Notes under the pieces: generated by a model
The model's input: only the letters and a program-made list of their open reading frames with translations
Told to the model about the DNA's origin: nothing
Database searches by the model: none
From: a virus
Taxonomy: Duplodnaviria > Caudoviricetes
Virus record (IMG/VR): IMGVR_UViG_3300005253_002116
Span: 1 to 57,309 of that record
Strand: one strand, 5' to 3'
DNA length: 57,309 nt
Position numbers and translations under genes: made by a program
Shown: positions 9,636-19,987 of the stretch, one piece after another
Numbering within the stretch: the first letter of the stretch is position 1
How the letters are laid out: the number at the start of each line of letters is the position of its first letter

Positions 9636-10944
9636 AGAACTTACCCCAAAAATAGCCGGCTCATCTGCTCTTGCACTTCAAATATCCAAGGAAATTATTC
9701 GGCAGCCTGCAATGAAGTCACTTCGTTACGAATTTTCAGAACATAGTAATCTCTGGGTATTTTGTGGCCATCTCGCAAGAGAAGTGATTGATCCTTTGTT
9801 GGTCAAAGAACGCAATTGTCAACCTCTTAAATAGGAATAAAATGGAACTAGCTCATAGAATTATTGTAGAAACACATTTAGATGCCGGTTTTGCTCTTGG
9901 TTCTTTCATTCTAAAAGAACCACTTACAATCAAGGAAATCTATGATAAATATAAGGCATTAGGTTGGGATTGCATGGTAACTCTCTCAAAGGGAATCGCC
10001 AGAGTAAACTACGTCAAGAGGGATATATGTCAGATGCAATAAAAATTGAGGGATATATTCCGACTGCGATAACGGTCGATAATAGAACTTTTTGGCTTTT
10101 TCCGGAGCCGTGGCCGAAAATAGGATTTGCAATTTGGTGGCAAGACCCGCCCTCTGGGGGAAACCCCGTGATGCTGGGTATTGCTGACTCGCCGGCTCAC
10201 CGGGATTTTCTCATTGCAAACTACTTTAGATTTTCTTTTTGTTTGTTGATAGATCAAGAAGGAGTGCATCTTTCTACAATTGGAGACAGGCAACCTTGGC
10301 ATATCAGACCCCTCGTTAATGGGCAGCGATTCTTCCATCCTAACACTATCAACACAGAATCAATTTGTAAACAAGTAAGAGAGAAAAATGGAATCGACAT
10401 AATTGCACCTGTCAATCTCGACCATAACAACATTTGCGAGGATTGCATTCAAGCTTATGCTTCTCAATAAGCTTGCATTTTGCTAGATGAAATTGTGTAA
10501 ATAGATTCCTAAGAAGGGAAATATAAATGATTCTCAAATGCGATTGTTCTACCGGGGGGAGATTTAACAATAAGAATGGAGCAGAGTTTCAGAACGAGGA
10601 GTACGGATACGGAATGCGTGTTCATACTCCAATGAAACAAGCAGCTAGTAAGGGAATGGCAAGATGCACAATTTGTGAAAACGAAAGGCTTCGAAGTGGT
10701 CAGACCAGCACATAATAGCCGAGAGGCAGCACGACGAAAAGCTCAAAAGCGTCTTGAAGGATTGAATTATACTCCGCAGACTGCGAAATTATTGTCAGAG
10801 TTATTGATAATCCTTTCTGAGGAAAATCACAGCGTAAGAAGTTACGTCCTTGGAGCTTTCTCAGAAATTGTATGCCAAAAACCAACTTGGGAAGTGATAG
10901 ATTGCGGATATAGAATCATGAAACAAAAGGTGGTAGAAAGATGA
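9622..10944 (+). CDS. run of small hypothetical genes (9622-9834, 9842-10042, 10027-10470, 10527-10715, 10675-10944)
   Basis: Closely spaced or overlapping ORFs, several with RBS; no recognisable domains. Confidence 0.55.
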
Positions 10945-11467
10945 TTTATCGACTAAAGCATTGGATTTTAGCTTGGGCTTGTTTAGGAGAATGCATTGCG
11001 GTTCTTTGTACGTTTACCTTTTTTTGGCCCCCGTTGATTATTTTCTTTGAAAAGAAATTGTTTCCAAGAGATGAAAGGTAGTCAGATGACACGTTTCGAA
11101 AATTGGATTCTAGGTTGGTTAATAATTGCAGAAAAAATTGTGCTCTTTTTTTCATTTGCACGTATTCGACCTCGATGGGGGTTCAGATACTTTGAAAAAA
11201 AAATCGAAGAAAGCCGATGGAAAATTTTTGTTTTTATTGAAGAAAGAGAAAGAAATTTGAATAATGACACGTTTTGAAAACTGGATTCAAGGTTGGTTGA
11301 AAATTGCAGAAGGAATTGCTACTATTTGTTCTTATGTGTATTTTCGGCCTACATGGGCGTACAAATACCTTATGTATAAAATCCTTCAGAACCTACCCCC
11401 TAAAAGGGTGCAGATCGTAGAAGCTAGCGAATCCGAGCCCCCTGGGGCCCTGTGGGGCAATGATTAA
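10941..11467 (+). CDS. three tandem paralogous small hydrophobic proteins (10941-11081, 11086-11277, 11264-11467)
   Basis: Shared pattern: RLKHWILAW, RFENWILGW and RFENWIQGW. Confidence 0.7.
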
Positions 11468-11576
11468 GGTTGATGGATATAAGTAGTTTCCCGGCCTTGG
11501 GACGCACTACTGGGCATCTGGAGGGCTTGCCAGAGGAGGGGAGAACTGAAACCGTAACTTAAAAGAGAGGTCCACA

Positions 11577-11986
11577 ATGAAACACAAGAGATTAAGGCAT
11601 GTCCTGTCACTTCTCACTAATGGAAAGAGCTTTTGGATACTTAATAGTTGTACTTCAGAAAAAATGAAAACGGTTCTAATGCGACAAATTCAAAACGAGA
11701 TAGAAAAACTGAAAGGTTTGCAATGAAACACAAAAAACTTAGGCATATTCTTGGACTTCTTACTAATAATGGCAGTTATTGGATAAACCATGATTGTTTT
11801 GTGGAGAAAACGAATACAATTCTATTGCGTCGAATTGAAAATGAGATAAAAAAACTGAAAGAATACAATAAAGTGCTCAAAGAATATGAGGAGAAAGTTC
11901 TTCATGAACCCAACGGAAGGAAAGACTTCTCGTTTGACCATGCAGATGCGTATGATGATGATTCTTTTGCTGATTGGAATTGCTAA
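11577..11986 (+). CDS. two tandem paralogous basic proteins (11577-11726, 11723-11986)
   Basis: MKHKRLRHVLSLLTN vs MKHKKLRHILGLLTN; ATGA coupling. Confidence 0.7.
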
Positions 11987-12366
11987 AAGTCAAACTCCCG
12001 TTGTCCAGGAAGAGGGCCCTCTGCCCTCTTTTTCTTTTGGGCACGGCCAAAGTTCCACAGAAGGAACGTACGATAGATTTTTGACTGGGCCATGCCGTGC
12101 TCCCCGCTATGATCTTCCTTTTCTGACTCAAATCCAAACCATGTCACGACGTGAGCATATTCGTGAATAATGGTATCTATTTTACTTGTAAGAGATTGAC
12201 TTTTCCTAACACGTATCTTAAAACTCTTGGAGCTTTCTGAATACGTTGTATCCCCGCAGTCCTTAATTTGAATTGAGGATTGAACTTCGACACAATACTC
12301 AACGGGGAAGTTTCGACGTAGCCATCGCAATGTGGCTTGCCACTTCTGTTCTTTTGCAAGTCTCAT
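11983..12366 (-). CDS. HExxH metallopeptidase-like protein
   Basis: DTIIHEYAH...DHSGEHG. Confidence 0.65.
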   Translation of the reverse strand: MRLAKEQKWQATLRWLRRNFPVEYCVEVQSSIQIKDCGDTTYSESSKSFKIRVRKSQSLTSKIDTIIHEYAHVVTWFGFESEKEDHSGEHGMAQSKIYRTFLLWNFGRAQKKKRAEGPLPGQREFDF

Positions 12367-12980
12367 TTCAGCAACTTCCTAATTTCCTCGTTGATGTAAT
12401 GCTTCGGACCGATAGGTAGATACTTTACAAACTCACGTGCAGTGTTCCATGGCCTGGGCATTAGAATAGCCATACCGCCGACCTCCCGGAAGTCGTTTAC
12501 ATTCTCTTCTGAATCATCAATCAAGAGAGTATCCGGAGAAGCACAAAATTTCTTAATGGGGCTGAAAGAAAATGAGCGATGCAACCAAGATGGGAGATTC
12601 TTTTTTATCCAGCGATACTTCCCTATTAAGCATTCCGTCGTGGAAAAATCATTTACCTCCGGGCCGCAAATTGGATTTGTTAAGATCAGGACATTCTCTT
12701 GCCCTACTAAGCTAATAGATGTTTCGAGTAGAAAATCAAACTCTTTTGATTTCGGGAAATCAGTCCAATCTTTCCAATAAAAACGCTCCCAAAAGCTTTT
12801 TTTCGTGAAGTTCATAAAAGGAAGCAACTCATTTGCTGCCCTTATGATGTCGAAACCCCATTCGGGCTTATAGGCACTAAAGTCATTAACGTCGATATCG
12901 CAACCAACGTGCTTAAGTGCTTGCAACGTAAAGGCGTTACAGACATCGTCAAGGTCTAAGCAAATCTTCTTAATTCTCAT
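12363..12980 (-). CDS. HAD-family 5'(3')-deoxyribonucleotidase
   Basis: LDLDDV motif I, K..WI, LLIDD, PRPWN. Confidence 0.8.
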   Translation of the reverse strand: MRIKKICLDLDDVCNAFTLQALKHVGCDIDVNDFSAYKPEWGFDIIRAANELLPFMNFTKKSFWERFYWKDWTDFPKSKEFDFLLETSISLVGQENVLILTNPICGPEVNDFSTTECLIGKYRWIKKNLPSWLHRSFSFSPIKKFCASPDTLLIDDSEENVNDFREVGGMAILMPRPWNTAREFVKYLPIGPKHYINEEIRKLLK

Positions 12981-13329
12981 TTCTTTCCTCTTGGGCTTTT
13001 TTGATTTCGTGTAGGTAACCAAAGGCATTGAAAATTACAGCACAAAGAGCCTCTTCCTGGGATAATTCATCCATTTCATCAAAAAAAGGTATTGACTTCC
13101 TATGCAGAGTCCAAACCTCAATGAGATGACGCCAAAGAGACTTTACATAGGCGTCGAGCGGAATGCCTTTCTGCCAATTGTCGCTGTCACGAATTTTTCC
13201 ATTGGATTGCACACGGTGCTTGTGCATGTATTCAGCGTAACGCTGAAATGCTAGCGGGCTTAGGTAGCCTTCATAGTCCAATTTTGAATCTTCGTCGTCT
13301 CGTGTCGCACCGGAGTCAAAAGTTCTCAT
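12970..13329 (-). CDS. dATP/dGTP diphosphohydrolase-domain (DUF5664-like) protein
   Basis: FDSGATRD..KLDYEG, DNWQKGIP, SLWRH, AVIFNA. Confidence 0.75.
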   Translation of the reverse strand: MRTFDSGATRDDEDSKLDYEGYLSPLAFQRYAEYMHKHRVQSNGKIRDSDNWQKGIPLDAYVKSLWRHLIEVWTLHRKSIPFFDEMDELSQEEALCAVIFNAFGYLHEIKKAQEERNEN

Positions 13330-13948
13330 TTTTTTCCCTTTCTGATAGGTTAAAATCTTTAATGCCGCTGTCTAGTAAACGAAAAGCACGTTGTGCTTGC
13401 TTTCTTTTCTGTGTTGACAAATATGGCCATAATAACTGTAATACAATTTCGACATTCTTTCTTTTACAGATTGTATATTGATGTTGATTTTTTTCTTTTC
13501 CTTTCGCTGTTTTTCGGTATATTTTTCCTACCCCAACAGCATTCAGAAATCTTTGTAATGTTTCAGCCGGTTGACCATTTGGGTCATTTTTTTGTCCAAT
13601 TGATAATTGCACTCGCGTAAAAGGATTTCCGTTATTTGTAGTACAGGAAATAGAACCTTCTCCGTCATAAAATCCAGCAGACCATGCTAGTTCTATACCT
13701 AAGTCAAGCTTACCGTCCTCGGAGTCTCGTGTTGCACCAGAGGTAAATTCTCTCATTTGTTTTTTTATTTCTTCTTTTCTTTTCTCGTGCTTCTTAAGTT
13801 CTTTGTTTGATTCTAATATATAATTAGGTATAAATTCATTTTCTCTTTCTTTTTCTTTTTGGTAAAGGGGGAAAATCCTATCGCACCATTCTCGAATTTC
13901 TTCTCCGAAAAATTTGGGATATTTGTCAAAGATACTTACAGAAGACAT
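13316..13948 (-). CDS. LAGLIDADG homing endonuclease fused behind a duplicated DUF5664 N-terminus (internal start possible at 13756)
   Basis: MREFTSGATRDSEDGKLD followed by ELAWSAGFYDGEGSI, GVGKIY and LWPYLSTQKRKQA. Confidence 0.8.
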   Translation of the reverse strand: MSSVSIFDKYPKFFGEEIREWCDRIFPLYQKEKERENEFIPNYILESNKELKKHEKRKEEIKKQMREFTSGATRDSEDGKLDLGIELAWSAGFYDGEGSISCTTNNGNPFTRVQLSIGQKNDPNGQPAETLQRFLNAVGVGKIYRKTAKGKEKNQHQYTICKRKNVEIVLQLLWPYLSTQKRKQAQRAFRLLDSGIKDFNLSEREKNENF

Positions 13949-14724
13949 TAGCTTAAATCCTCTACTTCAAAGTGACCTGTTGGTGATAACCGCTTACGAC
14001 CGTATACTTTTCCATGATAGCAATATCGACCTTTTATCACAGCGATTTGCTCCACATGAAAATAATCCCTTTGGGACCACACAACAGACCAACCGTGTTG
14101 CCAATCTGGAGCTGTTACGTAGTCGGGATTCAATCCGCAGAGGCAACCGTTCTCCCATGCGGCATATGTATCTCCGATGTCTTTACGATAACAAGAGCCA
14201 AGCCTGTGGCTATGTCCGTGGATAACACAGCCCCCATACTTTTCCAGGTGAGCACGAGCGGTGTAGCCGGACCATTTTCTGATTAGCTGTCCATGGGTGA
14301 AGAGGAGGGGCCCTACCCTGTATGGCTTATCATGCGGCTGGAGGCGGATTTTCAATGCTTCGAGATTTAGCAGCTTCTCTATTTGCAAGTCTCTTAGCAT
14401 AGCAAGGGCTTTTGCCTCAGAGGCAAGGTAGCGTTTTAGTCTAAATTCATGGTTGCCCTCGCTGTAAATAATCCTTGCATCCACGGCTGCTTCACGTATT
14501 TGACATAATAAAAAATGAGTATCATCAAGTTCTTCTTGGAGATCCTCTTTGCGGGATGGGTCTTTTGAGAAGCGACTGATTGAGTAAAAGTCTACGATGT
14601 CTCCGAGCAAATGCACCGTACTAGGCTTATGCTCGCGTATGAAAGCAAGTGCCATTTTAATGACCACCTTCTCCCGAAAGTGACCATGTATATCCGAAAG
14701 AACTATTCCCATTTTTGATTTCAT
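13948..14724 (-). CDS. calcineurin-like metallophosphoesterase
   Basis: SDIH, GDIVD, EGNHE, THG and HGHSHR motifs. Confidence 0.85.
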   Translation of the reverse strand: MKSKMGIVLSDIHGHFREKVVIKMALAFIREHKPSTVHLLGDIVDFYSISRFSKDPSRKEDLQEELDDTHFLLCQIREAAVDARIIYSEGNHEFRLKRYLASEAKALAMLRDLQIEKLLNLEALKIRLQPHDKPYRVGPLLFTHGQLIRKWSGYTARAHLEKYGGCVIHGHSHRLGSCYRKDIGDTYAAWENGCLCGLNPDYVTAPDWQHGWSVVWSQRDYFHVEQIAVIKGRYCYHGKVYGRKRLSPTGHFEVEDLS

Positions 14725-14933
14725 CTTAATCCTCCTTTATCTTCATTTATTATATAACTAATACGAAAATCAGCAATAAGCAAATTAAAAATTATAGTAT
14801 TTCCTCCAGCTTGAAATCCTAATTGCCAATTCCACCCACCGCCAAAACGTCCCAAGAAACACCTTTTACTCCTAAAGGAAAATGCTAAATCAAACTTCCA
14901 AAAACTCCACTTTCGATAAAATTTTGTTATCAT
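14721..14933 (-). CDS. small aromatic-rich hypothetical protein
   Basis: ORF MITKFYRKWSFWK...; overlaps the downstream gene start. Confidence 0.55.
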   Translation of the reverse strand: MITKFYRKWSFWKFDLAFSFRSKRCFLGRFGGGWNWQLGFQAGGNTIIFNLLIADFRISYIINEDKGGLR

Positions 14934-14953
14934 CGTCACTTCTTTCTTTCTGG

Positions 14954-15051
14954 GATATTGCTTTGCAAGAGGGCTCGGAAATATAGTGCGTAGTTGGTCG
15001 ACACTATGGAACTTGTTATAGTTCTTCCGAGCCCTCTTGCAAAGCAATATC
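14954..15051. repeat. perfect 27-bp inverted repeat with a 44-nt structured spacer
   Basis: GATATTGCTTTGCAAGAGGGCTCGGAA (14954-14980) is the reverse complement of 15025-15051. Confidence 0.9.
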
Positions 15052-15546
15052 TAAGCTGCATAAAATACATGGTGAAACTACTATTAAACCGCCGCACATT
15101 AAGCACCTGCTGGAGGGCTTCTCCACTTTATACTTTTCGGTACTTCTGCCGAATGTTCCATAGCAAACTGCATTCCTTCCTTCGTCACGAGGAGTTTTAT
15201 GGGAGTGCTTGGACGCAAAACGCTTAATGTTGACGGGAGATTTCCTTTCTCTGAGCTCCGGAAGCTTCTTTATTTTCCTAATTGTGTCTCTCTTAGTATG
15301 AAGAATTCTTGAAATATGGGAAATAGTAAAACCTTTTTCGAGTAACTCTCTGATCTTCTTCTCTTTACCTATTGAAATCATTTCTCCGCAATCGGGTCTG
15401 CAACGTGTCCGATCCATCATTCCCGAAGTTGCTTTGACTCTATAAACTGTTCTTCGGCATACGCCCGCTCTAATACATATTTCTCTTGGGGTTACCCCTT
15501 CACGTAAAAGCTTCTTAATGAATTTTTCCACTTCAACTGAAATCAT
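15016..15546 (-). CDS. double-HTH DNA-binding protein with C-terminal Cys cluster
   Basis: Two HTH-like segments (GVTPREIC..GVCRRTVYR; GFTISHISR..RDTIRKI); CLMCG..PCILC. Confidence 0.65.
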   Translation of the reverse strand: MISVEVEKFIKKLLREGVTPREICIRAGVCRRTVYRVKATSGMMDRTRCRPDCGEMISIGKEKKIRELLEKGFTISHISRILHTKRDTIRKIKKLPELRERKSPVNIKRFASKHSHKTPRDEGRNAVCYGTFGRSTEKYKVEKPSSRCLMCGGLIVVSPCILCSLDIALQEGSEEL

Positions 15547-15938
15547 GCTAGTCTCTCAATAGTAAGTTCCACTCGCGGGTGTTTCTTATCTATCTCAAAG
15601 ACAGGTGACCCTTCTTGAACATGCTTATGATCGTCATCGGGAATAAGACCAGAGTCCACTATGCCGTCGTATGCTGATTTCAGAGACCCCAACGCATTTC
15701 TTGAATCTCTATGACGATTCTGTGCGAAATAAAAAGTTGATGTTATAATGACTTTGTTCCAAGGTGCGGTATCTATTTGTTCGGCTTCCACTGCTTCCCG
15801 CGTCAAGCGACGGTATTTCTTAATGGCTCCAGCCTTAGCGAATCTACCGCCCATCGAACCAACTGTATGGTTTGGGGACAATAGCCCGCTCGGAAGCGGA
15901 AGAACTATGCGAAGTGATTCAGGTTTAACATTTTCCAT
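15543..15938 (-). CDS. RusA-like Holliday junction resolvase
   Basis: LPLP..LSPN, RDSRNA..LKSAYDGIVDSGLIPDD, PRVELTI. Confidence 0.75.
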   Translation of the reverse strand: MENVKPESLRIVLPLPSGLLSPNHTVGSMGGRFAKAGAIKKYRRLTREAVEAEQIDTAPWNKVIITSTFYFAQNRHRDSRNALGSLKSAYDGIVDSGLIPDDDHKHVQEGSPVFEIDKKHPRVELTIERLA

Positions 15939-18207
15939 TTTTCAAAAACTTCTGGTAGTTCTCCGCTGTCCAAAAGTAAAAAGCCTTATCGTCACTCTTC
16001 TGTGCTGAAACAACCTCTTCGCCCTCAATAAGATCATAGAGAAGTTCTTTGCGTTGTCTTGCGTTAGACCATCTTGCTTTCCTGGTGATAGTTCGCGCCT
16101 TACAACCTTTAGTTCCTGTATCCTCAATAATTTTCAAGATTTTCTGTTTATTATGATCGGTCTGCGACGAAACAATACAAGGAATAGTATTGTCTATAAA
16201 TTGTACAAGCAGATATTCTACCAACCGGCAAGAGTAATTTGCTATTGAGCTAGTGATAAAGGGACGTTCAAAGTCAACACCGGCCGCGAGAATAAGGGAA
16301 ATCTTTCTGGCATTTTCTTCTGCTTTCGCCCAAAGACAAGCTACATTTGGATCCTTCTTTCCAATCTTCAATGACTTATCATCAAGTTCAATGAATATTT
16401 TTTCTGCTCCCTTGCTTGTTTCGACGAGTATCTGCTCCGGTGGTTTTCCTAATATTGATCCCGTCCTTGATTGGAAAGCAGTGAAGGATTCTATATTTCC
16501 ACACGATTTACCGATCTCGCGTGAATACCAAAGATTTACAGTATCAGAAATATCCGGTGGTATTGGTATTTCGAGATTATTTCGTGTTTTCGGCGGATTT
16601 TCTGAAGCTGAAAAAATAAGAGTCCGGCTCAACCAACCATCTTGAAGTTCATCGTGAGTAATCCCCTCTTGGAATCTTTCAGGAGTAGAAAATCCATAGA
16701 TGCAACAACACGGTTGTACGATGGTCCGCTGCTTGTCTTGCTCCGCATATTCACGACCTTTATAGATTGTGCCTGCTGCTGAGTACAGTTTCATTAAAAG
16801 AAAAACGATTCGGGACACGTGTGGATTACTACCCGACTGTATATAGGAAAGAAATAATCCGATTTCATCCCAAAGAAACAATGTACTAGGATTTCGCTCA
16901 AGCCTACACTCGATAGCTGCATCAGAAGCAGCTTCATCCCCACCAAGGAGATCGAGGCATCCAGCGTGCTCACAAAGTTTACGTATTTGATTTGGTGCAT
17001 GTGCTTTTCCTGCTGATGATAGGGCGACACCCATACAATAGAGATTTGTTCGACTCCCTAAAGAATCTTTCACCTTCCTCCCGAAGAGACTGCCACAAAA
17101 GGTAAGGGTGCAAGCCAGGGTTAAGAAAGGTTGCTTCTTTAGTGCTGTTCTGTTTATCCATTCGCAAATATCTCCCACTAATCCAGGTGGCTTTTGTAAG
17201 TATTCAAGTTCCGATTCAGAGATAGGTGGGATTTCCCTGAACTTCCGAATCATAAAATCTGCACCTGCCGAAACCTCCGCAGGTATACTCATTGTCATTT
17301 GATACGAGTCGTCATTCAGCAACCAACCAGGTGGGTTCTTAGGTTTAAGTTTTCTGGCTTCGGGAATCTTTCTCTGAAAGTCCTTTCTGTCTTGTGATTC
17401 GCTTAAATCCCACGGAGGCACACAACGAGGATTGTACTCTTCTTCCAGCAAAGCGAGGGCCTCTTCATTGGATAGCTGGAATCCATGGACCATCGCGACA
17501 GAGGCCCATAGAAGCCGGTCGTGCCCGCCGCATCCTTGAATAGCGGGATCGCATTCGTTCAAGTACAGGCTGGCCCTTTTAAGCTTATTATTCCGAAAAC
17601 ATCTCTGAACAGAGGTGACAGGGTTCGTTCCAGGAAGGGAGCTTTCCAAATTGTGTGCTGAAGAAGCTCCCCAGGGGATTCGTCCTGGAGGCCGCATCCA
17701 ATTAGGATACTCTGCGAGTTTAATATCCCGTGGAGCTTGTCTAGCGGTCCAAGTGTATGTTCCTCCGTTGGGGTGGATTGATGGAGCAAGAAGTATGTAA
17801 TAACCTCCTCCTCTAATGTCAATTCCGGGATGCCAATTGTTTTTGTTAGTTGGCGGGTTGTTGGTTTTGTAAAAGGCATGGAAACCTCCTCTGGGAGTAT
17901 CTTGGCGGACGGTTTTAGGAAGGGCCGAAACATCTGAACCGAAAATTTCTTTATAAGTTTTGTATCCGTCTATTCCCTTTTCTTTGTCAAGGTCAATATC
18001 AATCACATAAACGCCACTTTTCTCCCCGCAAGCCAAACCGATATTAGCCTTGGGCCACTTCTCCCACCATGCTTTGATAACATCAGGATGGTTAGAAGCA
18101 TCCTTCACGCCGTGCTTAGTGAGAGGATTCTTTTGACCTGGAACTATCGGAAAGACATACCAGCCTAAGTTGGCATACTTCAACGCGAATTCCAGTAGTT
18201 CATTCAC
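15925..18207 (-). CDS. bifunctional primase-polymerase with C-terminal DUF3987-like P-loop helicase domain
   Basis: GWYVFP..KNP, ANIGL, VIDID, TPRGGFH, DIRGGGYYI..PS; C-terminal SSAGKA and WDEIG. Confidence 0.85.
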   Translation of the reverse strand: MNELLEFALKYANLGWYVFPIVPGQKNPLTKHGVKDASNHPDVIKAWWEKWPKANIGLACGEKSGVYVIDIDLDKEKGIDGYKTYKEIFGSDVSALPKTVRQDTPRGGFHAFYKTNNPPTNKNNWHPGIDIRGGGYYILLAPSIHPNGGTYTWTARQAPRDIKLAEYPNWMRPPGRIPWGASSAHNLESSLPGTNPVTSVQRCFRNNKLKRASLYLNECDPAIQGCGGHDRLLWASVAMVHGFQLSNEEALALLEEEYNPRCVPPWDLSESQDRKDFQRKIPEARKLKPKNPPGWLLNDDSYQMTMSIPAEVSAGADFMIRKFREIPPISESELEYLQKPPGLVGDICEWINRTALKKQPFLTLACTLTFCGSLFGRKVKDSLGSRTNLYCMGVALSSAGKAHAPNQIRKLCEHAGCLDLLGGDEAASDAAIECRLERNPSTLFLWDEIGLFLSYIQSGSNPHVSRIVFLLMKLYSAAGTIYKGREYAEQDKQRTIVQPCCCIYGFSTPERFQEGITHDELQDGWLSRTLIFSASENPPKTRNNLEIPIPPDISDTVNLWYSREIGKSCGNIESFTAFQSRTGSILGKPPEQILVETSKGAEKIFIELDDKSLKIGKKDPNVACLWAKAEENARKISLILAAGVDFERPFITSSIANYSCRLVEYLLVQFIDNTIPCIVSSQTDHNKQKILKIIEDTGTKGCKARTITRKARWSNARQRKELLYDLIEGEEVVSAQKSDDKAFYFWTAENYQKFLKNGKC

Positions 18208-18373
18208 CGGGAAGTCCGAATCGTAAATTCAAGTGAATAAAAGAAGAAAAAAAAGAAAACTGTGTAAGAGACAACACCATATTTGACACTGAAATAACAA
18301 GAGTTTTCCCAGAAAAAACCGAAACCTTTATGTGTATTTTCACCACGTTCTAAAGAAAAACGCCTTATCTTAC

Positions 18374-19987
18374 TCATTTTACAATCTCCTGATTCCAGTC
18401 AACTATACTAACAAATTTTCCATTACGTCGAATGGTTACTGTCTTGATTGATTCCTTGATTTTTTGCTTCGCGAATAAATCTTGCAAGACGCTATCAACA
18501 GTATGTCCATCGAAGAGGAATCTCTTCCACCACTGCCGAGCAATCTGCCCAGTTTCTCCGGGGTGATCGAGACAAACCCAGTAGCAAAAAGTTGCAATAC
18601 CGCATCTGAATTGAATCCGAATACTATCTGGTCTTCCGGCCTTTTTGTGTCGGTTGATCTTTACATCATCAACCGCAAACGTCTCAGGTTCATCTGACAA
18701 AATTGCTCGTTTAGAAGCCTTTTGCCCGTGCATTCGTCTTTCCTTTTCAACCTCCTCAATCCTTTCTATCTCTTGCAAAGGAATCTCCCAGCCGCACGCG
18801 GGACAAACCCTAACCGCACGGCTGAAGGACTCACGACACAGACCGCATACTGCCATAGCAGTATATTGGTTTCCGATGCCGACGAGGTCTATTGGGCCGT
18901 GCTCGTCGATGCAACCAGCGAAATCCAAGATTAAGCAGTCTTTTTTGTTGGCATGTATTCGGAGTCCACGACCGACCATTTGTGCGAAGAGACCTGCTGA
19001 TAGTGTAGGCCGAAGTAAGACAATGGCATCAATGCATGGTGCATCAAAACCCTCCGTAAGAACCCCGACGTTGCATATCGCTCGAATTTGTCCATCACGT
19101 AATCCACTAAGGGCTCGCGAGCGAGCGTTAGGATCTGTTTTGCTTGTAATTGCGGGAGCATAAATTCCATTCCTTAAAAGTTCAGCGGAAACACGTTGAC
19201 AATGATCTACTGAAAGGCAGAAGAAGAGAATAGACCGACGTTCTTCTCTGTTAAGAATTAAAACAGCTTCTTGAACGGCATCCCGGACTATCTTATCTGT
19301 GTTTATAACGGCGTCAAGAGATTTTTTAGTGTAATCGCTATTAAGTGGTCTCTTGACCTCGCTTAAATCATACTCAGCCTCTCTGACTTTCGACCTGAGT
19401 TGGCAAAGATACCCTTGATCTATGAGATCAGTAATCTGTGCCTCATAACAAATCTCATTTAAGATGTGGTCCTTATGACAGATAGCACCGCAATTCATGC
19501 GGAAGGGTGTGGCGGTCCAACCAGCAACCCTTAGGTTTGGATTGAATCTCAGACATCCTTTAATAAAAGTTCTGTACTTTCCTTCACCAGCCGGAGGGAT
19601 TCTGTGAGCTTCGTCTATGAAGAGAAAATCAAATGCAGCAAAGCTCCCAGAATGACGGAAAATAGAATCAATAGAAGCAAAAGTGATAGAATCATTGTAA
19701 TCTTTCATTCCTAGACCTGCACAAAAGAGGCCAATTTTCTCGCGGTATTCCGCTTGATCGAAGAATATCTGGAGCTTTTCGGCATTCTGTACTACAAGTT
19801 CTTGGCGATGTGCCAAGATGCACCCACGAACACAAGGAGTTTCCTCTTTCCAATCAAGTATCTGCGAAGCCATGACGACACTCTTACCCGATCCAGTAGG
19901 CAATACGATGCATGAATTATCTTTCCTTGTGCGAAAGAAGTTGTTCAATGCAGCTTTAGCTTCAACTTGATACGGCCGGAGGATCAT
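18374..19987 (-). CDS. superfamily 2 DEAH helicase (RadD/YejH-like)
   Basis: LRPYQ, PTGSGKS, DEAH, TATP, LTEGFD, QMVGRGLR, C-terminal Zn finger. Confidence 0.9.
   Translation of the reverse strand: MILRPYQVEAKAALNNFFRTRKDNSCIVLPTGSGKSVVMASQILDWKEETPCVRGCILAHRQELVVQNAEKLQIFFDQAEYREKIGLFCAGLGMKDYNDSITFASIDSIFRHSGSFAAFDFLFIDEAHRIPPAGEGKYRTFIKGCLRFNPNLRVAGWTATPFRMNCGAICHKDHILNEICYEAQITDLIDQGYLCQLRSKVREAEYDLSEVKRPLNSDYTKKSLDAVINTDKIVRDAVQEAVLILNREERRSILFFCLSVDHCQRVSAELLRNGIYAPAITSKTDPNARSRALSGLRDGQIRAICNVGVLTEGFDAPCIDAIVLLRPTLSAGLFAQMVGRGLRIHANKKDCLILDFAGCIDEHGPIDLVGIGNQYTAMAVCGLCRESFSRAVRVCPACGWEIPLQEIERIEEVEKERRMHGQKASKRAILSDEPETFAVDDVKINRHKKAGRPDSIRIQFRCGIATFCYWVCLDHPGETGQIARQWWKRFLFDGHTVDSVLQDLFAKQKIKESIKTVTIRRNGKFVSIVDWNQEIVK

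Noticed and set aside
11468-11570. Possible small RNA or solitary CRISPR repeat ending ACTGAAAC
   Set aside because: Single copy, weak hairpins, and also readable as a 29-codon ORF; not enough support.
12970-13329. Modified-base (2-aminoadenine) genome pathway
   Set aside because: A diphosphohydrolase alone is insufficient; no PurZ or dedicated DNA polymerase was recognised.
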